A DNA stretch of 63,873 nucleotides, counting the filler, from Guillardia theta CCMP2712 (lineage: Eukaryota > Protista > Cryptophyta), in NCBI RefSeq assembly GCF_000315625.1. It is 7 parts of 7 records of this genome, joined end to end, with 100 filler letters (N's around TTAATTAATTAA, not from the genome) between each part and the next. Parts side by side here need not be neighbours in the genome. Positions count along the whole stretch, not along the records: positions 40,823 to 54,800 come from NW_005434657.1; 6 more parts are not named here. One strand, written 5' to 3'. Below, one piece after another: positions 42,684 to 53,372 of this stretch. The translations under genes were made by a program, and so were the position numbers. The notes beneath the pieces were generated by a model. The model saw only the letters and a list, made by a program, of their open reading frames with translations, was not told where the DNA came from and did not search any database. Within the stretch, counting starts at the first letter, position 1. Every line of letters begins with the position of its first letter.

Positions 42684-45600
42684 TTAATTTACACAAGGAT
42701 AACTTTGAAGGAGCAGCCACAATAAAGTGAAGTGTGCTCGAACCGAATTGTTGAATTTCTTCTTGTCTGCATTGCGTGAAGGTCCATGACTACCGCATGG
42801 ACAGTGCATATCCCACACATGGTCAAGTTGCCCGTTAGATGCTGCAGCAGCTTTCTTCTTCTCCGATCCAATGTAGCTGTTCCCGATCATGGCAGCAGCT
42901 CGATATGCATCTCTTCCCTGAAGTTGATGTCGGTGCTCGATGCACGACATGTTCAATAGTCCCAGCTGAATGCCATATTTCTCGTAGAAATGTACAAACT
43001 GATCGCCCACATGCCCTGACATCATGCTGTGCAGATAGAAGGACTGCAGAAGTCTCGCTTGTCCGATTAATCTGACTAACTTGAAAGCAAACCCCCTAAT
43101 CTTGAAAGGAAGTGCTTTGACGTCTTCCTTACTGATATTTGCATGATGCTGAGTTTGCAGAATGTACAAAATACTCTTCAATTCCAAAATGGCCTCCTGC
43201 CAAAGAAGCTGTTTGTCTCTATCAGGCACCAGCAGTTGAATGATGTCAGGTAACACATCAAGTAACTCATCACACTGTTTACCATTCAACTGGCTGCTGA
43301 ATTCCTGCAGTCTGTTTTCACTCAAGTGAATGTGAACATTCTTCACCAAGAAAAGTTGGTTGACCCTTGTCAGCTTGGCCTTGTTGTCAGCTAGTGAATG
43401 AATGAACTTGATGATCGTATTTGAAATTCTGAGTTTCAGATGCAAAGAACAATAAACAAATTCCAAAGCAGACATGTTCAATTCCCGTAGCTGGTCGTAT
43501 TCCCGATTGATTGGAATGTAACGCTGGCAAGCAATTTTCGTACCTGCTGGAATTGGACTTTGAGGATTTGCCTGACAAAACCGTATCGCATTCTGATTAG
43601 CTTCTGAACGCATAATTGCAAAGTCCTGCATGTTGGTTGTATCGAACAATTCTGGGCAGCCCCTGCTATTCGGAGCGTTAACTAAAGAGTTTAGCTGTTG
43701 CATATCCCTGGGGTACAATTGAAACAAATCGCACAAACCTGCCCAGGTAATTTGCTGCTCAGTACCAACTGTGTAACATGTAAAAAATTTTGCCTGTTGT
43801 TTAGTTTGGAGCTGTTCGTTGCAATGAATGCAGAATCGTCCGGTCTGATCGCTTCTCCCTCCTTCACGCAAATATGCCCAGTGCCCAGCAAGATCAGCTC
43901 GAAAAAGAAATTCGATATCAATTCGACTAGATGGAGTCTTGCCTTGATCAGTCAGTTGACTGCCCCGAAGAGCCTTTCCATTGTGAATATGAATTCCTTG
44001 ATTCAAGAGGAATTGTATCTCTCTCATGTAATACTGCCAAAAATTGTTTTGCAGATTCGTGCTGTTGTCTTTGTCTGGAATAATCATGAGAGTAACCAGG
44101 CTGAGGGAGTTACGCATTCGTGTCTCATGTCTCTGTTGCCATTCCACTGAATTATTCTGTGTGTGATAGGGCAGAATACTCAAAGTTATCTCGGTGTGCT
44201 TTTTGTCACTGCTTGAACTCTTTGTAAGCTTTGTACAATCACTATTGATAGTCACTATCAATCGCTCTTCTCCATGTAAGCCCAGCATGTCGATTATTTT
44301 TTCAACTGACCTCACAAGGCTTGCTCCATGCGCTCCATCAACAGTACAAAAAACCTCCAAGTCGGAGCGTAATCCTTTAGACATCAACACCCTTTGACGG
44401 CAAAGTTTTGATACTGGTGGAGCCATTCCTCTACTACGTTTGCAGATTGTCCATATCTTCTTCCAGGTTCGTGTTGAAATTCTGGCTCTGGATAATCCAG
44501 TTGCGCCCTCCAACACGTTGGGCAAGAATGGTTTAGTGATGTATCTCAATTGATTGCGCAAATGAACATCACTCTCCAATGCATGACTGAGAAATTCTTT
44601 GATTCGCGGATGCTTCATTGTCCCTATGATATATTGTCGCAACTGACTCTCTGGACGTGCCGACCTTGGTTTTCGACCCCGTCGAGGAGCAATGTCAATG
44701 TTGTGATCATGAGAGACTGGCAGGCTCTGATGGAAATGTTCTGAACAGATGCTGTCGCCACGGTGGCCCGAGCTCGTCGCATGCTCACAAGCGCCGTCGC
44801 CATCATGATGACTCGAGCTCGCCGCATGCTCACAAGCGCCGTCGCCATCATGATGACTCGAGCTCGCCGCATGCTCACAAACGCCGTCGCCATCATGATG
44901 ACTCGATATCGCCGCATGCTCACAAGCGCCGTCGCCAGCATGATGACTCGAGCTCGCCGCATGCTCACAAACGCTGTCACCATCTGCGACTGTCGGAAAC
45001 TCCACATCGAAATTGCCTGGCATCATTGATTCATCGAAATCATGATCAAAATCTCCATCGGATAATTCTGAATCATCGCTATCATCAATTGGCATTTCCG
45101 ACCCCACGAAATCATCGTCCAGATTTGAATTTTGATCACATACAGCCTCTTCTGAAGCATCTTGACTGTCTTCTCTTCCGCATGCATCTTGCCTTTTCTC
45201 CTCAGGAAAGAAGTACAGCAAATATTCGAATTTCACGGCACGGCATTGTCTTACTATTCCGAAACATCGGCCAATGCCTGAGAAAAATGCTTCCGCGATA
45301 GGTTCAAGCTCAGCGAGAATCCTATCCAACACCTTCTTCTGAATGTCCGCCTGTTTGATCCCACGGAAAGTGGATGGATTATTTGGTAATGCTTGTGGAT
45401 TGCAGTTTTCCCTCTCGCTTGCACAAAATTCATTCCAAATTTCACGAAATGACCTGACATGATCACGACCAGGTTTCTTCTTGAATTTATGTCCAAACGA
45501 ATTCAAATACTTGCAAACATCACCTTGTCCTTTGTTTGGCCCACTTTCGCGAACAAAACCTTCACTCAAAGCAATCGACTCAAGAACACGCAAGGCATCA

Positions 45601-45791
45601 TCATAGATGCGAATGCGAGAGAAAGTCCTTCCCGAGCCATTGCTCTCATCACTGTTTTGTGTTGCTTGAGGAAACAATTGCACGGGTGGTATCGATGCTT
45701 GATGATCTCCAGTTTGAGTCTGTTGTCTGGTATTCGATAATATGTCACAATAACTCATTTCTTGCTCTAAACTTTCAAATTTTGTGTACAA
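42684..45791 (-). CDS. RAG1/Transib/Chapaev-like DDE transposase
   Basis: Motifs in the expected order: IVTINSD (D1), FRAD (D2), FCIHC, SLHLKLRI, LNGKQC, YLHSMMSGH, LGLLNMSCIEHRH (E); intronless, 1035 aa. Confidence 0.7.
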   Translation of the reverse strand: MYTKFESLEQEMSYCDILSNTRQQTQTGDHQASIPPVQLFPQATQNSDESNGSGRTFSRIRIYDDALRVLESIALSEGFVRESGPNKGQGDVCKYLNSFGHKFKKKPGRDHVRSFREIWNEFCASERENCNPQALPNNPSTFRGIKQADIQKKVLDRILAELEPIAEAFFSGIGRCFGIVRQCRAVKFEYLLYFFPEEKRQDACGREDSQDASEEAVCDQNSNLDDDFVGSEMPIDDSDDSELSDGDFDHDFDESMMPGNFDVEFPTVADGDSVCEHAASSSHHAGDGACEHAAISSHHDGDGVCEHAASSSHHDGDGACEHAASSSHHDGDGACEHATSSGHRGDSICSEHFHQSLPVSHDHNIDIAPRRGRKPRSARPESQLRQYIIGTMKHPRIKEFLSHALESDVHLRNQLRYITKPFLPNVLEGATGLSRARISTRTWKKIWTICKRSRGMAPPVSKLCRQRVLMSKGLRSDLEVFCTVDGAHGASLVRSVEKIIDMLGLHGEERLIVTINSDCTKLTKSSSSDKKHTEITLSILPYHTQNNSVEWQQRHETRMRNSLSLVTLMIIPDKDNSTNLQNNFWQYYMREIQFLLNQGIHIHNGKALRGSQLTDQGKTPSSRIDIEFLFRADLAGHWAYLREGGRSDQTGRFCIHCNEQLQTKQQAKFFTCYTVGTEQQITWAGLCDLFQLYPRDMQQLNSLVNAPNSRGCPELFDTTNMQDFAIMRSEANQNAIRFCQANPQSPIPAGTKIACQRYIPINREYDQLRELNMSALEFVYCSLHLKLRISNTIIKFIHSLADNKAKLTRVNQLFLVKNVHIHLSENRLQEFSSQLNGKQCDELLDVLPDIIQLLVPDRDKQLLWQEAILELKSILYILQTQHHANISKEDVKALPFKIRGFAFKLVRLIGQARLLQSFYLHSMMSGHVGDQFVHFYEKYGIQLGLLNMSCIEHRHQLQGRDAYRAAAMIGNSYIGSEKKKAAAASNGQLDHVWDMHCPCGSHGPSRNADKKKFNNSVRAHFTLLWLLLQSYPCVN
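44770..44990 (-). repeat. About 5 x 45-bp coding repeat (CEHAASSSHHDGDGA)
   Basis: In-frame minisatellite inside the transposase ORF. Confidence 0.9.
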
Positions 45792-46172
45792 GTATTCATA
45801 TCAGTGCGTGCGTGGAGGGGCCGCCGCGATTCCTCTGTGGATTCAAATATCCTCTGTGAGGAGATAAGGAGGGGGTAGGGTGGTTGGGGGGGGAACTTCT
45901 GTACCATGCAACCTCTCTTTTGTACCAATATGTTTTCATACAGTACAATCTATACTACCATGTATGTGATGGGTAAAACTAAAATTGCAGTACCTCTAAA
46001 ACCAAGGCGGGGTAAGGGTTCCACGCCAGGGGAATTCAAATCACCCCACCCCGCTTTCGCCCAGTCTCTCTACCCCCCTTTGATTGGTGAAAACAGGGGG
46101 TAGTCAGCAGGGAGTGTATATACGGACCCCATGTGAACCCCAATAAAAGTAGAAAAAAAAAGACCAGATTTG

Positions 46173-49100
46173 CTAGGGGCTGCATATGGGTTTATGAACG
46201 GCATGCTTTGCTTTCAGGTTTGCCAGACTGCTTCCCTCGCCCGTGAACTCTGAAGTTCTTGCTATCTCCACCAGCACAATGCGATTGCTTCCTCTGAAGT
46301 AGCAGAGCCCATCTGGTATAAGATTGCCGTGCTCTGGTGCAGTCAGTCCTAGCCCTGTCATAGAGTTGATTGGCGTTTGCCACCAACTCTCCTGTTCAAC
46401 ACTTTTCTTCTTCCAGCTTTCTGTCAGGCATCCCTTGATTGTCTCCATTACTCTGTTGTGTGCCAAAGCGATCATGAGCTCAAATTCTTTGCAGGCTAGC
46501 TGGATATGCACCCAGCTTTCTTCCCTGCCTTCGCACCATGGGCAACAGGGGGATGTCGTCTTCTTCCACTGGAACAGCTTTTTCCTCGTAGGTGCTGACC
46601 AGGTAATAGCTTGGATGGCTGTCCGAAGTACTGATCCTCGACACCTCTGTAAGGCTCGACCTAGGATCCTTCTGCCCACTTGTGGTTCCAGGAGAAAGGT
46701 TTCCGTCAAGGTAAGGGGGGCTTCTTTCCTCCTCAGTTCCAGTTGTTCTTCTCTGATTATCTTATCCCATATTTTCAGTCGATCCATCCCCGGCTTGAAG
46801 TTCTCTTCGTCTGCAATGCAGAATCCCAAGTCGCTGTCGATGAGGGCCCTTTCCCACGTGGAGGAGAAGGAGGATTTTCCCTTGCGAGCTTCCTCTGCAG
46901 CTTCTTGCACTACGGTGTGGTCTGCGATCAGAGAGAGGTTGATCTCAATGCCTTCCCGCTGAAATTTGCTCAGGCATTCCTGCAGTCTTCCTGCCAAGTC
47001 GTATACGAGCTCGTCTTCATACTGCATGGTAGACCATCTGAGGGTGTCCGTAAGAAAGCGATGCATTCGGGTTGATTTAAAGAGGACGAAGATTTTCCTG
47101 ATTGTTTTCTGTTTGCCTCTTTGTTCCCAAATCGCTTGTAGGAGTATGCAGAGTGCGATGGTATGTGCTCTGATGACGCTACATTTTCCGTGTATCTTGA
47201 TCGCTCCGCGTTCCTGCTCTCCTTCCTTTTCCTGCGTGCTGTATCCTATCGACATTGATCGACCCTTCCTGTTTCGTGATATGTCGCCGTGGATTGCGGA
47301 CCACACGTGGTTCCTGTTCTTCTCCTGTTTGGCCGAGGCTTGATAGTTTTCGTTTTGCTTCCTTCGGTATTCTTGTAGCTCCTCCTGTTCAGGGATCAGG
47401 TGTACTGTGAGTTGGACAATTATTCTCTCTTGTTCCGACTCTTTGCAGTAGACAATCAGGTCGTCTTGTGACTTCCTGAGGCTCCGATCGCCCGTCCTCC
47501 AGAAATTTGCAGCGTAACATATTTCTGATCCTTTAGGTACCTTACCGACTAGCATGAAGCCGTCAGGGATTTCTTTCCTGAAGCAAGTTTGGTTCCATCC
47601 GATCATGATTGTTCCGGACTCGCATGCGGCGTGGCTGAGGTATTGCTCCTGTTGGTCGATCCATATTATTTCACGTCGAACCTCGTCGTCCTGCAAGCTG
47701 TCTGTTGCGGCCTGGATTGTCGGGTGATAGAGGGTGGGCCAGTTGCTGAACTGTTTTGTTTCAGCGAGCATCCCCAAGTGTTCTAGAAATTCGTACGACA
47801 GCGGAAGGCCTTGTTGTCTATCTCGGATTTCAGCCATGGCGGTGGTTAGATGTTCCCACCAAGCTTGCGAGTTGAGTAAGCTGTTGTGTTTTTTGCTGAT
47901 ATGCTTAGCAATTTGCAGTAGGATCTCTGTCTTCTCTGGGTTCTTGGCGCCATCTTCATCTTCTTTCCTCGCAAATGGTGCCGAGCGAAGGGAAGGTTCG
48001 GCTTCTTTGATGTCTTGTTCTTGGCCTGTGTGACTTCTGGGCCGGTCCATGATTGCTATGTCGCCCTTGATTTTGAAACTTTCCTTACCTTTTAGGATAA
48101 GGTGTTCCTGTTGATCCAGATTGCCTAGTAATTTAGCCATGAGGGATCTTGTGTTTGCATGAGCTGGGTGTGGCCTTCTCTCTTCTGCTGCTTCCCGATG
48201 CTTTTTGGATGTCTCCTCCCGGTCCTCCTCTGATTGCGGGTGTGACTTTCGTTTTCGGGTTGTAGCACTATCCTGTGTGACAACCTCTCGTCTTTTCCTC
48301 TTTGTTCCTGATGCTCTGTTGACGCTGCTTACCCAGATGACATTTTCTTGTAGCAATTGCATTACGATCCCCTCCGCCTCCTCGCGTTGCCTTGGGAAAG
48401 GCCAGAGCTTCCTTGGCAAATGCAGTTCTTCGTCCGCGATAGGTCGTACATTGCGTAGCAAGGAGAATTGGAGTTTCGGGAGTTGCCTCCATAAGGCTTG
48501 GAAGTTCGTCCAGCCCTGTGGTCTGTTACAGTCGTTCAAGTTTGCCACCATATCCTCCATCCTATGAAGGAGGGAGATGCTTCCAGGTAGGTGACCTGCT
48601 TCTATATGGGCCCAGCTGATCCTCGTGTTTAGTTTTTCCGCCAGCCAGACTGCTAAAGCTTCGGGTCCCCGCACCACATCCCGCTCCATAGTTCGAAAAT
48701 TCATTTCTCTTTGGAGCTCTAGCATTGTTTGACACCCCCATTTTACGCACGAGTTTCTGAGTTTAGATATCAGTCTATCTTGGATGTCTCCACCATGCTT
48801 ACTATTCACTTCTCGTTCGATGTATCGTAACGCTGCTCTCCCTAGGATTGGGGCAGGATGAGGGACCTGCAGCCCTCCATTCTCTGTTGGCAGGTAGAAT
48901 ATACCATTCCCTGTACTTTTGCTTAGGCCTAACGCTTTTTTAAAAGCTCGTATCCACAGTTGATCTAATTCTTGTAGGTCTCGCCAAGTCCATCCAGTCA
49001 TGACTGCGGAGTAGCGAAAGACGTTGAGAATTCCAACTTTCACCAGGTAAAATTTTTGCGCAGGAGTATAACTCGACGAGCTGATATTGTTGATCAGTTC

Positions 49101-52100
49101 TTTGGTTTTTTCAAAGACGTATGCTCGTTCTCCCCAAGTGAAAGGGCAGCCCTTTATTCTTCGTCTTTCTTCCTTCCACAGAGAGATGCGATAGCCGAGA
49201 TATTTGAACGGTTTAGTAGCCGGTAGGGCTTCGACAGGTTCCCCCATGACCGTTATTTTGTTCGCACCAGGAACCTCTCCCTTGCGAGCATAGTCGAAGC
49301 TGGTTATCTCTGATTTCTTATTGTTGATTTGCAGTCCTGACCATTTGCAGAAGGAATCCACCACTGCTACCAACTCTCGCATTTCTTTCATCGTGTGTGC
49401 GATGAGTACCATGTCATCGGCGAAGGACAGGTTGTTTGTTGTTCCTGTGCTGCACTTGTCCAATTGCCTAGAGAGGATGCATAGCACCAAGTTGGCCAGT
49501 TGTGGGCTACTTGCTCCACCTTGTGGCAGCCCGATCATTAGAGGTATTTTCCCTGTGTTGAACTCGTTTGTTTGTATTTGCAGTTCGACTCCACTGTTGC
49601 AGGCTATCACAGTTCTAATGTCTTCAGGATGGAAGCCTAGGCTGTTCATTGCCTGCTCGACCACCTCGATCGCCACATTGTTAAAGAAGTTCGCAAAGTC
49701 CAGGTACAAGAGAATGAGGGACGTTTTGGCCTCTTCTGCTTCTTCTACGATCGAGATCAGTCGATGAGCCTGCCGACTTGTGCTTCTGCCTGGACGGAAC
49801 CCCTCCTGGAAGTTTGTGAGGACGTTATTTGCTTCTACTGTCTTACTCAGACGATGCGCCAGGATTGCCTGAACTAGTCGAGTAAGCGTTGACATGACGC
49901 ATATTGGCCGCATGTTTTCGAGAATGTGACAGAATTGATTTTTTGGCAGGAGGCGTACTCTCGCTGTCTTGTTGAGAACCTCAGCTTTGCCTTCTAGGGC
50001 CGCGTTGACTAACTTGCCAACTTCCTCTCGGCATGCTGGTGGCAGCGCCCGCAGCACTTCGTTCGAAATGAGGTCAAGTCCTGCAGCCTTTCGTCTCGGC
50101 GCCGAGGCGAGCCAGACATCAATCTCTCCCGGTGCCAGGGGTCTGGTGATTTCCTGTTGTTGTCTCCTTGAAAGCTGCACCCCCTCAGGCGGTGTGATCC
50201 GTCTTGGGGCCACGGTTGTGAACGACTTACATTTTGTGCAGTACGGGGTAATCCCTCCCCCTCCGATGGTCTCGTCGCTTGAGTCAGCCAAGGGGAGCAT
50301 ACATCCGATGTTTGAGCATTTTAAGCAGGTCCCTTGTTTCGTGCATGCGTTGACGCTGAAGAAGAATCGTGTCTGGTCCGCGTCCTCTAGCTCTCTAACC
50401 TTCTGCATTGGGAGATGATCCGTGAGATCACGGTATCCTGCTATCTCCCATGTTGTTTTATCCGATTCTTCTAGTGCTACAATTGCTTTCGTGATTGTGT
50501 TTGCAGGTAGCAGTGATAGAAAGATCCAGTCATCTGTCCCTTCTCGCTCGATCCCAATCATCAGTTGCTGGTTTGCACTCCAAAATGCTCTAACGCCCCT
50601 CGTGTCTTCGCTAGATAAGGTTGCTTCGATTTGGTTGATGAGCTCGTCGGCATTGTCGACTATCTTGCCGAGCAGTCGAAGAGCCAAGCCTTTGTGGCAA
50701 CGAAGGGAGTTAGGGTGTTTTTTCTTGATGTCTTGACTTATCATCGGTTCTTTGGGAATGAAATCATTCTTGCGTCCCATTGCATTCTGGGATTCACGGC
50801 TGCCTACCGTGCCTAGCCGTGTTTGCTGCTGTTGGCAGATCTCTTGGAAAACTTCGTTGTTTTGTTCTTCACATATCGTTCTGAACCTCTCGATCTTAGT
50901 TCGCAATTCTCTTTGTAATGTAGCTTCCGTAGGTACTCCAGTCGCTGGGCTTTGCTGTGATGCTTCCCTAAGTTTAGTCCGCAAGTTGCGGATCGATCTC
51001 TTCAAATCCATTTGTTCTTTGTTCGAATGTCGCCTCCCTCCCTTTCTGATTTTCACCTCCTTTAGTGGTAGAGAGTTGGCGAGCATCTCACAAATGTTAC
51101 ATTCTTGCGCCTTAGCTCGCATGTCTCGTATGTTTGCATCTAGTTGTTGCGCCCATTCGATCTTCTTCTCCTCCCACGAATCGCGATCCAGCACCCATCT
51201 GCTTTTAGGGGTTTCCCCCTTCTTCTGTCGTGAATTCATCTGATGCACTTCTACTCGTGGGATTAGCTGCGTCTCCTCGGACGTGAACTTGGTGTGTACT
51301 TGCACCACCAGGGCTCTGTGATCAACTGCTCCCCCTATCACACAGCCGTCGACCGTCCACGATTGAAGGGAGATGTTGGGAAAGTTGTCCTCGTCACTTG
51401 GGGGGTGAATAGCGAGAACTGCGTCGAGTTTGGCTTCTATCAGTTCTTGTTTGTACCATGTTGAGAAGGTAAATGTTGTCCCAGTCTCGCTGATCTGTTC
51501 ATATGAGAGTGTACGGTGTGCGGAAAGGTCTGCCAGGAATTTCTCGAATCTCTCATCTGCTTTTGCGGTGATAGATGAGGGGGAATATCCTCTCCGCATT
51601 GGTGTTGTTGTGTTGGTTCTTGCTGCATTAAAGTCTCCGGCTATGATGTGTGTCTCTCTCGTTCCCAGAGCGATGCCCACAGTTCCCCTTGCTCTCGAAT
51701 CGCATTTTCCGCAGGTACCTGATGGAGGTTTGTGACTAAGAAAGAGTTTTTCCCTGTTCCGACTTTGATCGAAAACACTCGGTTTCGATATTTCTTTTCT
51801 TTGTTGCACGCCTGGTGAGCGGCAGGGGAGGGTGACGGCGACAGGGCCGCATGTACCAGCGTTACCAACCTCAGGTCTCCTTTCCCCTTCTTCGCATTGA
51901 TCTTTGCAGGCCCCAGGAAGATTCTGTAGCAGGCCCAGTTCTCCTTGATCATCTTCCTTAATTTGTTCTCGTCGCGGGCCGAGACCCTTACCTCTTGTAG
52001 TAGCACAACCCCAGGTTGGAAGGACTGGATTAAGTATGCGAGGATGTGCTTGAGAACAAAGTGATTGCAACCATTCACATTTTGTGAGATGAGGAAACCT

Positions 52101-53363
52101 GGGTCTGAGCTTTTTCGATGCATCTGCGCCCAATCATTGCCCCTTTGCTCCTCCTGCCTTTCCCCCCTCCGCTCCTTCCCTCTCTGGGAGGTTTTCTCTC
52201 CTGATTGTGCATTCTCCTCCATTTCCTCACCCAGATGTCTTGGTTGGGGCTTCGTGGGTTCCTCAAGCTTTGTCGTGCGTGTGGCTGTACCTCCTCCTCA
52301 AGCTTTGTCGTCGAGGTCATCAGCCGCTGGATTGCGTGTGGCTGTACCTCCTCCTCAAGCTTTGTCGTCGAGGTCATCAGCCGCTGGATTGCGTTCGGCT
52401 GTACCTCCTCCTCCGGCTTTGTCGTCGATGTCAAGTTCTCTTGCACCCTCGGCTGTACCTCCTCCTCCGGCTTTGTCGTCGATGTCAAGTTCTCTTGCAC
52501 CCTCGCCTCCTTCGGCAGAGATCGCAGAATCTGGTTTGCATCAGCCATTCTTGCGGAGGTCTTAGTCTTGTCCTCGTTTCCATCGTTGCTAGCCAGTCTT
52601 GATTTGTCTCGCAGAGCAGTAGGGTGTGAAGGATAGCGAACACTCCGCAGTTGAAGTTATCTTCCTGTTGGAAGGCTGAGCACCACTTTACCTGCCATGG
52701 GGCGTTGGTCTGATCGTCAAAGATGTGTTCGATCACTCCGATTGTCAGCTCAGCCATTTCTCTTGCTCCGTGCTCCCCCGTTGTTGCAAGATTCCTCGCT
52801 CCCTCGATCCCTCGTGGGTCCCTCGTTGTGCTCGTTCTGTCCTCGCAGAGAGGGTCCAATATGTACGCGCATCGCCGATCATATCTTAATGCAATTAGAA
52901 TCCAGTGGTTGCTGTGGATGATAGTTGGAAACAGGAAGGTGTGTTGCTCATCTCTCAAGCTGCTGAGGTGAAATCTGTTCCCGACTCTCAAGCGGGACGC
53001 CTCGTCTCGCAGACTGGATATTACCCTTGGCAAGAAGATGATGTTCCGCGTTTGCTGGTCCTCGTGGGCTCTCCCTTTGCGTACCATGTGTATTGCTCGT
53101 CCTCCTTGAAGAGCCTTGCTCATCTCATTGAGAGTAACTTCGATCATGTTCTCGCATAAAAATCCGCTTACTCCTCGATTGTTCAGGGCAGTGATGCCAA
53201 ATTCCTTGTCGCCTCGTTTGTCTGACCATGGGATCTCCTCGATCCAATCAAAAAAATACAGTGTTCTATCTACATGTTGCGTTTCCTTTGAAACCGTTTC
53301 CATCTCCCCCCCTTGCCTACTCCCGGCACTCCCCCCTTCCTCCTCCCTTCCTCCTCCTGTCAT
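46173..53363 (-). CDS. ORF2 polyprotein (frameshifted near 52630, 52200 and 51660)
   Basis: C48 protease (NHWIL, ILDPL, FQQEDNFNCGVF); APE (SQNVNG, LLQEV, IAGDFNA, KLDAV, VDHRAL); RT (MRPI, QEGFRPG, LDFANFFN, GLPQG, FADD, YLG); CPWC..ESWVHIQLAC; HNRV..PDG..LVEIART. Confidence 0.88.
52270..52505 (-). repeat. Four coding tandem repeats of about 57-63 bp (LTSTTKPEEEVQP) in the protease-APE linker
   Basis: GGCTGTACCTCCTCCTC recurs four times. Confidence 0.85.
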
Positions 53364-53372
53364 GATTCGGTT

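Noticed and set aside
41280-46190. Terminal inverted repeats for the DDE element
   Set aside because: CCCATA at 41390 matches the 46185-46190 end for only 6 nt; no convincing TIR pair or TSD
51660-52133. N-terminal 160 aa of the 1986-aa ORF as real protein, or a programmed frameshift
   Set aside because: The APE motifs lie in the overlapping frame (51641-52222); the shift sits near a GA run and other shifts exist, so decay or read error is more likely
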